Below are positions 26,500 to 39,287 of a stretch of DNA of 60,000 nucleotides, one piece after another. Within the stretch, counting starts at the first letter, position 1, and every line of letters begins with the position of its first letter. Origin of the DNA: Felis catus (lineage: Eukaryota); assembly GCF_018350175.1 (NCBI RefSeq), contig NC_058368.1, positions 116,376,001 through 116,436,000 of the forward strand, written 5' to 3'. The notes beneath the pieces were generated by a model that saw only the letters and a list, made by a program, of their open reading frames with translations, was not told the origin of the DNA and searched no databases. A program made the position numbers and the translations under genes.

Positions 26500-26947
26500 T
26501 TCTTTTCTTTTTATTTATTAAAAAAAATTTTTTTTACATTTATTTATTTTTGAGAGACAGAGACAGAGCACAAGCAGGAGATGGGCAGAGAGAGGGGGAG
26601 ACACAGAATCCAAAGCAGGCTCCAGTCTCTGAACTGTCAGCACACAGCCCGATGCAGGGCTCGAACCCATAAACCGTGAGATCATGACCTGAGCTGAAGT
26701 CGGATGCTTAACTGACTGAGCCACCCAGGCGCCCCATCTTTTCTTTTTATTTAAAAAAAATGTTTTTAATGTTTATTTACTTCTGAGAAAGAGAGAAAGA
26801 GAGACAGAGCACGAGCTGGGGAGGGGCAGAAAGGGAGACACAGAATCTGAAGCAGGCTTCACGGTCTGAGCTGTCAGCACAGAGCCCATCAAGAGCATGA
26901 CCTGAGCCAAAGTCAGTTGCTTAACTGACTGAGCCACCCAGGCTCCT
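26500..26947 (-). mobile_element. Two stacked CAN-SINEs
   Basis: About 26500-26734 and 26738-26947; outer direct repeat ctaggttt. Confidence 0.9.
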
Positions 26948-27385
26948 CTAGGTTTATTTTCTTAATGTCACATTTTTGTTGTCAAATAAAGCATATCTTT
27001 ACGCAATGCTATAACATAGTCTGTAAAAGCAATTTACCTCAAACATACTGAAGTAATAATAAACAAATGGGTAACCTTTGGAATTCTCGCATGCGCCTTT
27101 ACTGAGGAAGTTATCTAATCATACCCTGTGACAACTCTGCTAAGCATGTAATTAGGCTTGTCAGGAGGAAGAACACATTGATTATAGCCTTCCTAGGCTA
27201 TAGTAGCTGCTAACCAATCCTACCATCTAACTTTATTATTATTAACAACCTTAAAACTAATTTCATGTTGCTAATGTAAGAATGTTTATTGGTGTGTCTT
27301 GCCCTTCCCAAAAGGTACTTTTATGTGAGTTAGGATTAGGTTCAACTGGATATTTCTGAAAATTAAGTAAATTAATTATAGCAGT

Positions 27386-27522
27386 GGGGCGCCTGAGTGG
27401 CTCAGTCGGTTAAGTGTCCGACTTTGGCTCAGGTCATAATCTCACGGTTCGTGAGTTCGAGCCCCGCGTCGGGCTCTGTGCTGACAGCTCAGAGCCTGGA
27501 GCCTGCTTCAGATTCTGTGTCT
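27386..27522 (+). mobile_element. 3'-truncated CAN-SINE
   Basis: Intact head that stops at gattctgtgtct with no (CT)n or poly(A). Confidence 0.9.
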
Positions 27523-27793
27523 AAGAAAAGATTTTGCATTTAGACTTTCTTCAGGTCATGTTGAACAACGCTTCTGAACAACTTACTAAATAGCCTTTCA
27601 GATAACATTTTTGGATATTGTCTTCTCTCCATATCCAGGTCCCTCTGACTCTCAAATTATACAGTATGAAGAATTATATATCTCTTAATGTCTTTGAAAC
27701 ATTTTGAGAGTGACATATAATATTATTTGAGGCTTTCATTAACCTGTATATATTTATTAATCTTAGTCTTCTAGATTTTCCATTTTATAAAGT

Positions 27794-28045
27794 TTTTTTT
27801 CCAACATTTTATTTTTATTTTTTTTTTTTAATTTTTTTTTTCAACGTTTATTTATTTTTGGGACAGAGAGAGACACAGCATGAACGGGGGAGGGGCAGAG
27901 AGAGAGGGAGACACAGAATCGGAAACAGGCTCCAGGCTCCGAGCCATCAGCCCAGAGCCCGACGCCGGGCTCGAACTCACGGACCGCGAGATCGTGACCT
28001 GGCTGAAGTCGGACGCTTAACCGACTGCGCCACCCAGGCGCCCCC
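27794..28045 (-). mobile_element. Young felid CAN-SINE
   Basis: CpG-rich; flanking repeat agattttccatttta. Confidence 0.94.
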
Positions 28046-28069
28046 AGATTTTCCATTTTAAAAGTGATA

Positions 28070-28610
28070 TTGAATGAATGAACTACAGCTATGTGCAACA
28101 TTGTGGATGAATCTCACAAATATTAAATTGGGCAGGGGCGCCTGGGTGGCTCAGTCGCGGTCCGTGAGTTCGAGCCCCGCGTCGGGCTCTGGGCTGATGG
28201 CTCAGAGCCTGGAGCCTGCTTCCGATTCTGTGTCTCCCTCTCTCTCTGCCCCTCCCCCGTTCATGCTCTGTCTCTCTCTGTCTCAAAAATAAATAAATGT
28301 TAAAAAAAAAAAAAGAAAATTAATTAAATTGGGCAAAAGAAGCCAGACACAAAAGAGTACGCTGTATGATTTCATTCATATAAAGTTCAAAAACTAATAC
28401 CAGTTTGGCAGTCAGGATAGTAGTACCATTGGAAGGGTGGGTAGTGACTGAAAGAGGGCACAGGTGTGGGACTTCTGGTATGTGGATAGCGTTCTGTTTC
28501 TTTATCTGGGTGCTGGTTACACAGGTGTGTTCACTTTGTAAAAATTTTTCAACTGTACACTTAGGATTTGTTTGTTTTTTTTTTAAATTTATGTCATACT
28601 TCAAAAAAAC
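28070..28610 (+). mobile_element. Old L1 3' end (L1MC/ME-like) containing a young CAN-SINE at 28135-28320
   Basis: gaagccagacacaaaagagtac...gtatgatttcattcatataaagttcaaaa motif; SINE TSD attaaattgggca. Confidence 0.85.
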
Positions 28611-28687
28611 TCTAAAGTGATATTATTATCTGCAAACTTGACTTGATTCCAGCTTTCTCTAATTTTGCTGTTGATGTTTCTTTGAAG

Positions 28688-28815
28688 GTGCCAATGTGAA
28701 TAGGGCTACAGCCAATAATGACCATACGGTAGTGTCACTGGCTTGTGCGGGAGGTCATCTGGCAGTTGTTGAGCTACTGTTGGCTCATGGAGCTGACCCT
28801 ACTCATCGACTCAAG
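28688..28815 (+). CDS. ANKHD1: ANKHD1 coding exon, ankyrin repeat
   Basis: tttgaag| (G)ANVNRATANNDHTVVSLACAGGHLAVVELLLAHGADPTHRLK |gtattc; 128 nt, phase 1 to 0. Confidence 0.96.
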
Positions 28816-29015
28816 GTATTCTACTTAAAAATAAGTAAATAAATAGTTTTTATTAAAAGATAATGAAACTATGCTTGCCACATCTCGGTCCTTAATATTC
28901 ATTACTGTTTATAAATGAATGTTGGTTGTAGGCAGGTTGCCAAGAAACTAAATGTCTATAGCAGTCATAAGCAGAAATTTGCAGATAATTAATTAATAGC
29001 ATCAATTTTTCTCAG

Positions 29016-29159
29016 GATGGCTCTACAATGCTCATTGAAGCTGCAAAAGGTGGCCATACAAATGTTGTTTCTTATCTGTTGGATTATCCAAACAATGTTT
29101 TGTCAGTTCCTACTACAGATGTGTCTCAGCTCACCTCACCTTCTCAAGATCAAGCTCAG
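29016..29159 (+). CDS. ANKHD1: ANKHD1 coding exon, end of first ankyrin cluster
   Basis: tttctcag| DGSTMLIEAAKGGHTNVVSYLLDYPNNVLSVPTTDVSQLTSPSQDQAQ |gtaaag; 144 nt, phase 0 to 0. Confidence 0.96.
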
Positions 29160-29235
29160 GTAAAGTAAAACAGAGTTGATTTATAAATATAGGGTCTTCA
29201 AATCGATTGGGAGTTTTTGTTTAAAATTACTTTTA

Positions 29236-29344
29236 GGGGTGCCTGGCTGGCTTAGTCAGAAGAGCACACAACTCTTGATCTCAGGGTCGTTAGTTCAAGC
29301 CCCACGTTGGGTATAGAGATTACTTAAATAAATAAACTTAAAAA

Positions 29345-29376
<32 letters not shown>

Positions 29377-29582
29377 AATTAGGTTTAAAACAATTTTTTT
29401 TTTTTTTAATTTTAGAAAAAGAATGTGAGCTGGGGAGAGGGACAGAGGGAGAGAGAGAATCTTAGGCAGGTTTCATGCCAGTAAGGAACCTGATGTGAGG
29501 CTTGATCCCATAACCCTGGTAACATGACCTGAGCCAAAATCAAGAGCTGGACACTCAACTGATTGAGTCACCCAGGCACCCC
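29236..29582. mobile_element. Short tRNA-like SINE (+, 29236-29378) and CAN-SINE (-, 29394-29582), tail to tail
   Basis: SINE heads and A/T tails visible. Confidence 0.88.
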
Positions 29583-30451
29583 AAAATAAAATTAGTTTTA
29601 AGCAAAATGGATTTGTTTCTCTTTTCTATTACTTATTGAGATAAACATGATCCCAAATCTTTAAGGTTTATTTTCTTCGAAAGTACATGAAAATTTCTTA
29701 TTATCTTACTGAAAAAAAAATCCTTTTTACAAAACACTTAATACCAAATATAAATACAAATTTTCCAAGTTGTCATCATACTGTAGGGTTGTTTTTAATA
29801 AATACCTTAAGCATAATCTTGAACCAAGAGATAACTTCTTCCTGAGTACCTCCCAATACAGTATTAATTATTGTAGAGATAGCTACTTTTGTCAACCAGG
29901 GTATAGTTAACTAGGATATATGCATCAGAAATTCATTAAAGTAATTTATAAGCCTACCTAAAAATATGGAGAGACTGTAGAGTATACTAAGTATACAAAA
30001 TTCAGTGAAATCTTAAGTTTTTTTCCACAATGTTACCCTGAGAACTGCTAAAATACCACAATTTGGCGACTATGTTGGCTTTTCTTTTTTTTGACCCATA
30101 CAGAATTTGAACAAGGGTAAATTGGCCAGTTAATATGTGACTTGTACTCTTAACTATAATCAGAACCAACAAGGCCCCAACAAGGCTTTCTCTCTAACAA
30201 GAGAGTAATACTAATTCTCTTTAGCTTAAATCATTCACGGCTTATAGATTGCCGGAGCTTGTCCAATTCACTATTCACTATTCTCAGAAATTATTCTTTG
30301 GTGAGGCTTGCTTTTTTTTTTTTTTTTTTTTTTAAGAAACAAAAAAATGAATTTGGTGGCATATAAATAAAATCTAAATTTCCATTTCATTTAAGGGCCT
30401 CCTTTTTATTCTTTGGTCTGAGATGGTATTTTTTCTGAGTTAATTTTTTAG

Positions 30452-30554
30452 GTTCCACGTGTACCAATGCATACACTTGCCATGGTTGTACCTCCCCAGG
30501 AACCTGATAGAACGTCACAGGAGAACTCTCCTGCCCTTTTAGGAGTACAAAAAG
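30452..30554 (+). CDS. ANKHD1: ANKHD1 coding exon, linker
   Basis: ttttttag| VPRVPMHTLAMVVPPQEPDRTSQENSPALLGVQK+G |gttagt; 103 nt, phase 0 to 1. Confidence 0.95.
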
Positions 30555-32675
30555 GTTAGTTATTGAATTATTTTCCTTAAAATGGGTATTTCATCACCTA
30601 ATTAATGAATTCACAAAAGTACTTTAATGGTACACCGTAACTGTGTACCCAGGATTAATTGAATTAGGGATTTCTGACAAATGCTAGTAGTCCTACAGAT
30701 TATTTATAAATGAAAGAACATAAATACTAAGAAAAATGATTTCTAATTTTCTTGCTAACATACTGCTAGTTGGAGTTTTCATCTTGCACAGGTGAAAATA
30801 CTTTAAAAGCATATCAGGCTGTTGATTATATTACAGTAGCAAAAATTTATCAGGCATTCATTTTGCATTTGACAATTCTTTTGTTGAACAACAGTAAAAT
30901 ATGAGGAATGAAAATGTATGTTTGCTGTCTAGTTAAGTCTTAGTAGCACTTTTCAACTCTGGGAGTTAGAAGTTTAAGAATTATATGTAGTTTCTTTCAT
31001 GTAATGCTGAATATGGTGGGCTTACATCTGTCATGTGAACCTGGACAAATAACTATCAAAAAGTATATAAATGATATCCAAGTGAATATTAAGAAGGAGC
31101 ATATATTATTTAAAGGACTTAAGTTTATGAGCTCTCATATTTTCCTGCTGTCTTCACTTGTAGATAGAAAGTACCTTCGCTTGATAATCGTGTAGTTGTC
31201 ATATCTCTGAAATAAAGTAGGTAATATGTAAGGTATTAAAAACTACGTAAAAACAAATTTATGAGCGTATTTCATTCAACATATAATAACCAAGCTTTAG
31301 ATTTTTGAAATTACAGTGAAGTGTGTAAGTATATGTTAGTACCTCTAATACTATGATTTGAGAAAAGTTGGTTAGAGGTGACTATTATAGCAGCAAACAG
31401 AAGCTACTTTTAAATTATGTCAATTTTAGTAATTTAGAGTATTGAGGGCCATGATCAAGGATTAGTTCATTTCTAAACTATTAATTTCAGAGAGCAAATA
31501 TCTGCAATCTCTCTGACTTAAGGTAGTTATGGAGTTTTCTTTTGGACACTTAGCTATTCAAACTCTTCAAAAAATAAGACTGCTATTTTTTTTTAAGACT
31601 GCTTTTTTTAATCTTAACAAATAAAAAACAAATTAAGCATGTACTTGTTAAGGAATCTGAGTATCCTAACTGACTGACAGCCTTTAGTAAAATACTTAAA
31701 CCTAAATGTCTCTGTTTTTATAATTTTTTGTTTGGCTATACATTGTAGAAGACTATAGTAACTTTAGCTGAAGAAATTCAGTACTAAATAAGAAATGATT
31801 AAAAAATACATTAATAACACAGAGGCACAAAAGAATCAAGAAATAAGCTAGGAAGGACATAAAGTGTCAACAGAGAAGAAGTAAAACATTTTAAATTCAG
31901 GTTTAATATGTAAGGCAACAGAAACGTTTGGGTAAGGTTTCTTTAAGTTGATGCTCAAGTGAGTAATCATATTTTTTAATTACTGAAAGACCTTCTTTAC
32001 TGAGTATCTACTTATTTTCTTCACTCTGATGTTTTATTACTTACTGAATAGCATAAAAATGAACTAATTTTTTAATGATCTTTCATTTTACTAAATTATT
32101 AGAGAAGGAAAAAATTAACACTTGTATTTAGACCCTTGGGTACTTGATGTTGTCAGCTGCCAGTGGCATTGCCAACCTAGTAGTTCTTTACATAGAGCCA
32201 ACTGTGATAATCCACTGTATTAAGATGTTATTTTAATATAAATCATGTGCATCGTAGAGTATTATATCACTATGAATTAGGAAAAATTAGTTGGTGTTGT
32301 AAACGTACATACTGAAGTATCCAGATAGATAGGAAAACGTTATCTTAAATTATGGAAGAAATATTATTACTTTTTTCTCCTCAAAGTGTCTTTTTCTCCT
32401 CAAAACTCTGTTATTTCTCTAAAGAAATTTCTTTGAGTGGTGAAATCTCTGTTCAATGCTCGTGTTTTTGTTTCTTCTAAGTCCTTAGACTATCTCTGTG
32501 TTGCATGTTTGATTAGGGATGGAGGAAGAGTTCTTACTCTTTAGGACTCTCTTCCTTTCCTAGCAATCATTTTTTAAGTTCTTAGAACATTTCACTTATG
32601 TCTGAAGTCTTTTTATTATTCATATCTGTATCCTTCTAGAACATATCATGCCCTTAAAACTTAACCAGGTATTTT

Positions 32676-32907
32676 GGGGCACCTGGGTGACTCAGTGAGT
32701 TAAGTGTCCAACTTCTGCTCAGGTCAATATCTCACAGTTCATGAGTTTGAGCCCCGCGTCAGGCTCTGTGCTGACAGCTCAGAACCTGGAGCCTGCTTAG
32801 GATTCTGTGCTTCCCCCTCTCTCTGTTCCTTCCCCCCTCATGCTCTGTCTCTGTCTCTCTCTTTCTCTGTCTCTCAAAATAAACATTAAAAAAAAAAAAA
32901 AAAAAAG
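32676..32907 (+). mobile_element. CAN-SINE
   Basis: Flanked by actta[a/c]ccaggtatttt direct repeat. Confidence 0.92.
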
Positions 32908-33649
32908 ACTTACCCAGGTATTTTATATATATCCTACTCAGATATTCTTTTCTTTCATGATCCATGTGCTTCGTTTGCCTAGGCTCCATCCATCTTGACC
33001 CATATTCTCCTTTTTTAGGCAACTAATCTCACTTATCCATGGTCGGTTTTCAAAGGAATCAGCATTCTAGGTGGTATCTGACAGAGGCCTCAAGATCACC
33101 TCTATAAACAAAATGTGAAACCAGGTGATAGTGGTATGCTCCGTTTTCTAGCATTATTTAGCTTTACTAACTATAGTTTTGAACGTTCAGTTGGGAAAGG
33201 ATATGTAAATAATATCAACCTTTTGCCCTTCCAAATCAGTTTTGTAAATAAATTTGTTACTTAAAGCCACTCTTGCATCCAACTTATTTGTTGTAACTGG
33301 TTCTCCAGGAATTCTAAAAGATAGGACTCCTAATTATCTTCTGCAGGTTGTACATCTTAGAACTAATCTGTTGCAAAACACTAAAATGATGTCAGGATAA
33401 ACAAAACACATCTTTGTGTGTACCTCAGGCCCTCTTGAGGAGTAATTTCTTTTCTCTGGAGTCCAACAACACTTCATGGGATCTTCCTTCAGACTCTGGT
33501 CACTCCTGCCTCTTCCCCTCCCCTTGGACTTCAAAGTGTAGAAAGAAGGTTGAGTTAATCATACTCCATTCCTGCTGCTTTATTGTCGTGGATCCTCTTT
33601 TGTTTTATTTATTCTCTTTTCTCCATCTTCCCATTCCCTTACTTCCCTT

Positions 33650-34315
33650 GTAGGCAGTGACTCTACTGTGTTTGATGTGAGTTCTTTTGTTCTTATAAAA
33701 TGTTTACTACTTTGTGTGTATTTTTGATTTACATGACTGGTATTGTGCTATAGGTCGTGTTTTGTTTTTTACTTTTCTCACTCAGCACTGTTTTAAAGAT
33801 CTATCGATGTGTATCCACCTCTAGATTATTTCTACTGGCAACACAGTGCTTCACCCTGTATATTTTTCTTGTTTTACTTCTCCTTTTCCAGTGATGGGTA
33901 TACCAAATAGCCTCTCATTCCCCACCACCACAGACAACGCTGTGATGAAAGTCATGGTACAGTCCCCTTGTGGGTCTGTGTGAGAATTTCTTTGGGATAT
34001 AATCAGGAGCAGAATTACCTGTCTGAGGAATGCATAATGTTTATCTGACAAAGTGCCGCAAATTTGCTCTCCGGGATGGCTATAGAAGTTTACACTCCCA
34101 CTAGTAATGCATAAGGGTTCCCATATTATACACCCTCCTTCCCATTTCCATGCCTTCCAACCCTTGACTTAATTCTTACATTTGGATTTGTACATCTTTA
34201 TCTCCCCTTTTAGACTGTAAGCTCCTCAAGGGCAGGGTTTATGTTGCTCATCTTTGTATGGCTCACTATGCCTTGCTTATACTAGATGCTCATATATTTG
34301 TTGAATAAATTAGTG
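33650..34315 (-). mobile_element. Old L1ME-like fragment followed by an L2 3' end
   Basis: L1 motifs (tttctttgggatata...agcagaatt); L2 motif tagactgtaagctcctcaagggcaggg...atatttgttgaataaat. Confidence 0.65.
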
Positions 34316-35998
34316 GTGCCAGGCTAAGAATTTAGATTATTCTGAAGACAAAAGAAAATTATTAAGAATTTTTTTTAAGAAGAGAGACATTGTAATTAAA
34401 GAGGATGTGTAAAAAATTAAGAAGTAGTATTCTAGAGTGGTTCGGACAAGATTGAAAAAAATTTGAACATAAACTAAGAAATTAACATGCTGCTTTATAT
34501 CCTAGAATTGTTTATTAGAGTAGGTAACATGAGAAGTTCTTATTTTTATATCAAATCAGTAAAATCATATAGAAATTACATGTACAGTGAATGAAATTGA
34601 GTGTTCCTCTGGAAATTTTACTCCTAATGTTCTCTAGTTTAGCAGATTTCCATGTAATCATGCTTATGGATTTACATATGCCTGAATTTAATCTTTTAAC
34701 ATATAGCTGTTTACAGTAAAAGGCAGAAAGTTGAACTAATCTTTTAGGATGTTACACAGATGCTCTGTCTTTGGACATGCTTGGTTATCCTTACTGTATT
34801 AAAGCTGTATAGCATGCCATGTTACTTTGGGAAATTCTGAGATAGAAATTTAGGCATAAAGGCAAAATAAGTCTTTTCTAGGCCAGTGGCTTTCATTTTT
34901 GACACATTTTGACTGTGACCATAACAGGAAATATTTTATATTGAAACTCAGAACACAATATACATCTGTTTACCCAAATATAAATTCCATTAGATAATAT
35001 ATACTCTACTACACTTGATGTATTGTGTTATTTTCAACTGTATTTCATCAACCTTTTTTTCCATTTAAGACCTTGTTGGGAGTGCTATTTCATTCTAGTA
35101 AGATGCTGTGTAGTAATGTAAGAAAGCAAGGGAATTGTGGAACAGCGCTTAAATGTCCTTAGACAAAATCAAGTAAGGAAATATGAAACCAAATCCAGAC
35201 CCATCTGTATGTCCTATAATTTTCCCTTTGACCATTATTTTTTATTGCACACTATACTATTTTATACATGAAAATAACTGATGGAATTAAGCTCATTTCA
35301 GTAGTAAACTAAATTTTTGTCAAATATATGTCTACCTCATTCCCTTACTGCACATAAAAGAAAGGCTATGTTTGAAACCGTCTCTGTGTTACGGTTTCTT
35401 ATTACAAACTCTTAGTTTTATTGATGGTACAAAAGGGAAAGCTGAGGAAGTAGGATAAACACCAGACCAAAGAGTTAGATGTTGGTTTACCTATATTCCT
35501 AAATAGTACTTTATGATGTCTCTCACTGCTGCCAGTGAATAGATTTATTTGTACGTGACAGTGGGAGATGTTTTAAAGAGGTGGAACTCTTATTTTCTGG
35601 CATCTTACACAACTGCCTTCCTACCTACTAAAATTTTTGTTGCTAGAAGGATGCTTGTCACATTCTCTTCTTTTCCCAAACACAGAAAGTGTTGCTTTAA
35701 CTTCTAGGAATAATTAGGTGACATTATTTGTGCTTCACCGCCTTGTTTTATTCTTGATTTATAGCTTGAATTAGTGCTCTAATGTGTAGCTATGCAATCC
35801 CACTAACTCCATGATTACAGATACTCAGCCATTGGCTATTTTGGGAAGAACTGTTTTTTGTCCATTATTTTCTACCATCGTGTTCTTCCTGCTACATATG
35901 TCCTCAGCTTATAGTCTTTATATTCCGTTACATAAGTTACTTTTAGCAATCTTGTACTCTAAACTTCTTGGATTTTATTTGTTAACAAGATAGGGCTT

Positions 35999-36123
35999 GG
36001 GGTGCCTGGGTGGCTCAGTCCGTTAAGTGTCTGACTCTCAGTTTTGGCTCAGGTCATGATCTCATAGTTTCATGAATTCAAGCCCAGCATTGGGCTCTGT
36101 GCCGACAGCACAGAGCCTGCTTG

Positions 36124-36174
<51 letters not shown>

Positions 36175-36237
36175 TCCTCCCCCATTTGAACTGTCTCTGT
36201 CTCAATAATAAATGAATAAATTTGAAAAAAAAAAAAG
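35999..36237 (+). mobile_element. CAN-SINE
   Basis: TSD aagatagggc. Confidence 0.92.
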
Positions 36238-37005
36238 ATAGGGCGTATTCCTGTTAGTAAGTATACTAGCGTGTTGTAAATAAAATTAATGAGCATTTAA
36301 AGGAACATTCATTCTTTGCAGAGCTACTAAATTGCTGATGTTATTGCATTTATTACACAATTGAAAATTTCTTTGCTGGACTAGCAGATGTCTACATTGC
36401 TGTTTGTGGCAGTAAATCTCCTTTTTCTTACCTGTTGATTGTTATTAGGTACTTGGAACAGATAAACCAAACCATGAATTCCTGTAAGATCTTATAGTAG
36501 TTATTAAATTATCTCACAAATATAACAGCTTTTGCTCAGGAAGATTAAAGTCTTTACCCATCTCTTAGTTCAGACAAAATTAAATATGGGCAATACATTT
36601 TGATGAGGGTTGCTTTCAAAGAATAATTCTCTTAAAATGATTGCCATAATTTCAGAACTGTGGTATCCTGACCCTGTTAAAGTCAATATCTAGGGGGAAA
36701 ACTGTTAGACTTTTTCATTAATAACATGTTGAAGATGCTTGAGGTATATGCAGTTTTGAGATCTCCGACTCTAGAAGAAAAAAAACAAAAAACAGTTGAC
36801 GCTCTAATTTTTTTCCCTAGTGGTTTCATTACCCTCTTGTAATTCAAAGTATTTTAACATCAAATGGGTGATGACTTTTTCCTTTGGACTTGAGAATCAT
36901 TGTGAATACATTGGATGATCTTATTTTTAAAAACCTTAAGTTACTTATATTATTCATATGTTGACTGCAATTCAAAATAGTAAACAACTATTTTTTACCC
37001 AGATC

Positions 37006-37226
37006 TTTTTTTTTTTTTTTCAACGTTTATTTATTTTTGGGACAGAGAGAGACAGAGCATGAACGGGGGAGGGGCAGAGAGAGAGGGAGACACAGAATCG
37101 GAAACAGGCTCCAGGCTCTGAGCCATCAGCCCAGAGCCTGACGCGGGGCTCGAACTCACGGACCGCGAGATCCTGACCTGGCTGAAGTCGGACGCTTAAC
37201 CGACTGCGCCACCCAGGCGCCCCCCC
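37006..37226 (-). mobile_element. Young felid CAN-SINE
   Basis: CpG-rich; TSD cccagatctttt. Confidence 0.95.
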
Positions 37227-37234
37227 CAGATCTT

Positions 37235-37610
37235 TTCTAAAAGCGGCTCTATTGTTGTTTAATTTACATACGTTAAAGGTCCTTCGTTTTAAGTGTACAG
37301 TGCAGCGAGTTTTAGTAAATTTACAGAATTTTGTAACCATCACCACCATCTAGTTTTAATCTCTATCATTCTGAGACCTTTCATGCCAGTTTGTAATCAA
37401 TCTTCCTTCTCACTACTATAACCCCGAGCAACCACTACTTTTCTTTCTGTCTCTATAGATTTGCCTTTTTCTTTATAGATTTGACATAAATGAAATTGCA
37501 TAATATGTGATCTTTGGTGACTGTCTCCTTTCACTTAGTGTAATGTTTTCAAGGTTCATCCCCCTTATAAAATGTATCAGTAGTTTGTTCCTTTTTATTG
37601 CTGAATAGTC
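37235..37610 (-). mobile_element. L1MB-like 3' end
   Basis: ttttaagtgtacagt...gtaaccatcaccaccatctag...ctttctgtctctatagatttgcct motifs. Confidence 0.8.
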
Positions 37611-38528
37611 CCTAAACAGGAGGATTAAGCCTTGAGTATGCCTCAGAGTAGTTACTGTATATATTTTTTTCCATTTTATGTCCCAATGTTAGGATTGTTA
37701 ATATTGATAATTATTTTGTAATGAGGGGAGTAACTTAAGTGCAATCCAAAATCTTAAAATAACACACATTTACTTCATTTTTAACATACACTGTCAGTAT
37801 GGAAATCCTATATGAGAAGCCTGGTTTCTCCTAGGTAATACTCAGTTTCTCTTGTAGACTTTTACATGAAGAGTTTATTTAAACTCAGAATAATTGTCCT
37901 TTGTGACTGAAGTTTAATATAGTTTTCAGGTAAAGAAATGCTAAAGACTTATTAGTGGAAAATTTTAGGATAGGTCCTGAAAAAACTGATTTCATGCTGT
38001 ATTTTAATGTAACAAGACAAAGGTTTTGGCCACTTGAAAAATACTTTTCACTACTTTGATTTATAAGTTACAGTTTCCTGTAGTAACCTTTACTTGCACA
38101 GTTAATATTGTGAAGAAACAATTGAAAAGTTAAGCTAATACTGATGATATCCTCAACGCTATTTTGACACTATTTTAGATTTGACATTCTTTAAAAGTCC
38201 AATCTACTAAGCAAAATTTCGAGATTTTTCCTCTTTGATTTCCTTTCTCCCGGACCTGTTTTAATTTCCAGAATCCTCCTATCCTAAAGATTCGATTTTT
38301 TAATTAAAAAATTCCCATTTTTTTGAATTGGCAACATCCCAGCGTGTGCTATGTGAAATAGAGGAGTCTAGCCTTTATTCTGCCTCCCACCGGTGTGAGT
38401 CTTTGAACATTCATTTTACAGCCTTAGTTAAAAGGGTTTTGGGAGGGAGGTCCGTGTGTGTGGGAGGGGGAGCTGATTTTTTTTTTTTTTTAGCATGGCA
38501 CTTTTTCAAACATTTTTCATGTGCTTAG

Positions 38529-39287
38529 GTACATCCAAGCAGAAGTCCAGTTCCCTGCAGGTAGCAGATCAGGACGTACTGCCACCTTTTCACCCATACC
38601 AGCCTTTGGAGTGCATAGTAGAGGAGACTGAAGGCAAGCTGAATGAACTGGGACAAAGAATTAGTGCTATTGAAAAAGCACAGCTTAAGTCACTGGAGTT
38701 AATTCAAGGTGAACCTCTGAACAAAGATAAGATAGAAGAACTTAAAAAGAACAGAGAAGAGCAAGTCCAGAAGAAGAAGAAAATACTGAAGGAACTGCAG
38801 AAAGTGGAAAGGCAGTTGCAGATGAAAACACAGCAGCAATTTACCAAAGAATACTTGGAAACCAAAGGTCAGAAAGACACAGTATCTCCACAGCAGCAGT
38901 GCTCTCATAGCGGAGTCTTCCCAGAAGGGGAAGGAGATGGTAGTCTCCCAGAGGATCACTTTGCAGAGTTACCTCAGGTTGACACACTCTTATTTAAAGA
39001 TAACGATGTTGATGATGAGCACCAGTCTCCACCATCGGCAGCACAAATTGATTTTGTCCCAGTCCAGCCTTTATCATCTCCACAGTGTAACTTTTCCGGT
39101 GACTTAGGTTCTAATGGGACAAGTTCTCTTGAACTTCAGAAAGTATCAGGTAATCATCAGCTTATAGGACAGCCTCAGATTGCTATTACTGGACATGATC
39201 AGGGGCTGTTAGTTCAAGAACCAGATGGACTAATGGTTGCAACTCCAGCCCAGACGCTTACCGACACTCTTGATGACCTGATAGCAG
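38529..39287 (+). CDS. ANKHD1: ANKHD1 large linker exon (253 codons; coiled-coil/Gln-rich)
   Basis: gcttag| (G)TSKQKSSSLQVADQD...IVEETEGKLNELGQRISAIEKAQLKSLELIQGEPL...TLTDTLDDLIA+G |gtgggt; 759 nt, symmetric phase 1-1; lies within ORF 38495..39325. Confidence 0.96.

Noticed and set aside
29236..29325. tRNA genes in the short tRNA-like elements (also 39635, 48645, 52219, 55889, 59322)
   Set aside because: They have A-rich tails, flanking direct repeats and disrupted cloverleaf stems, so they are SINEs.
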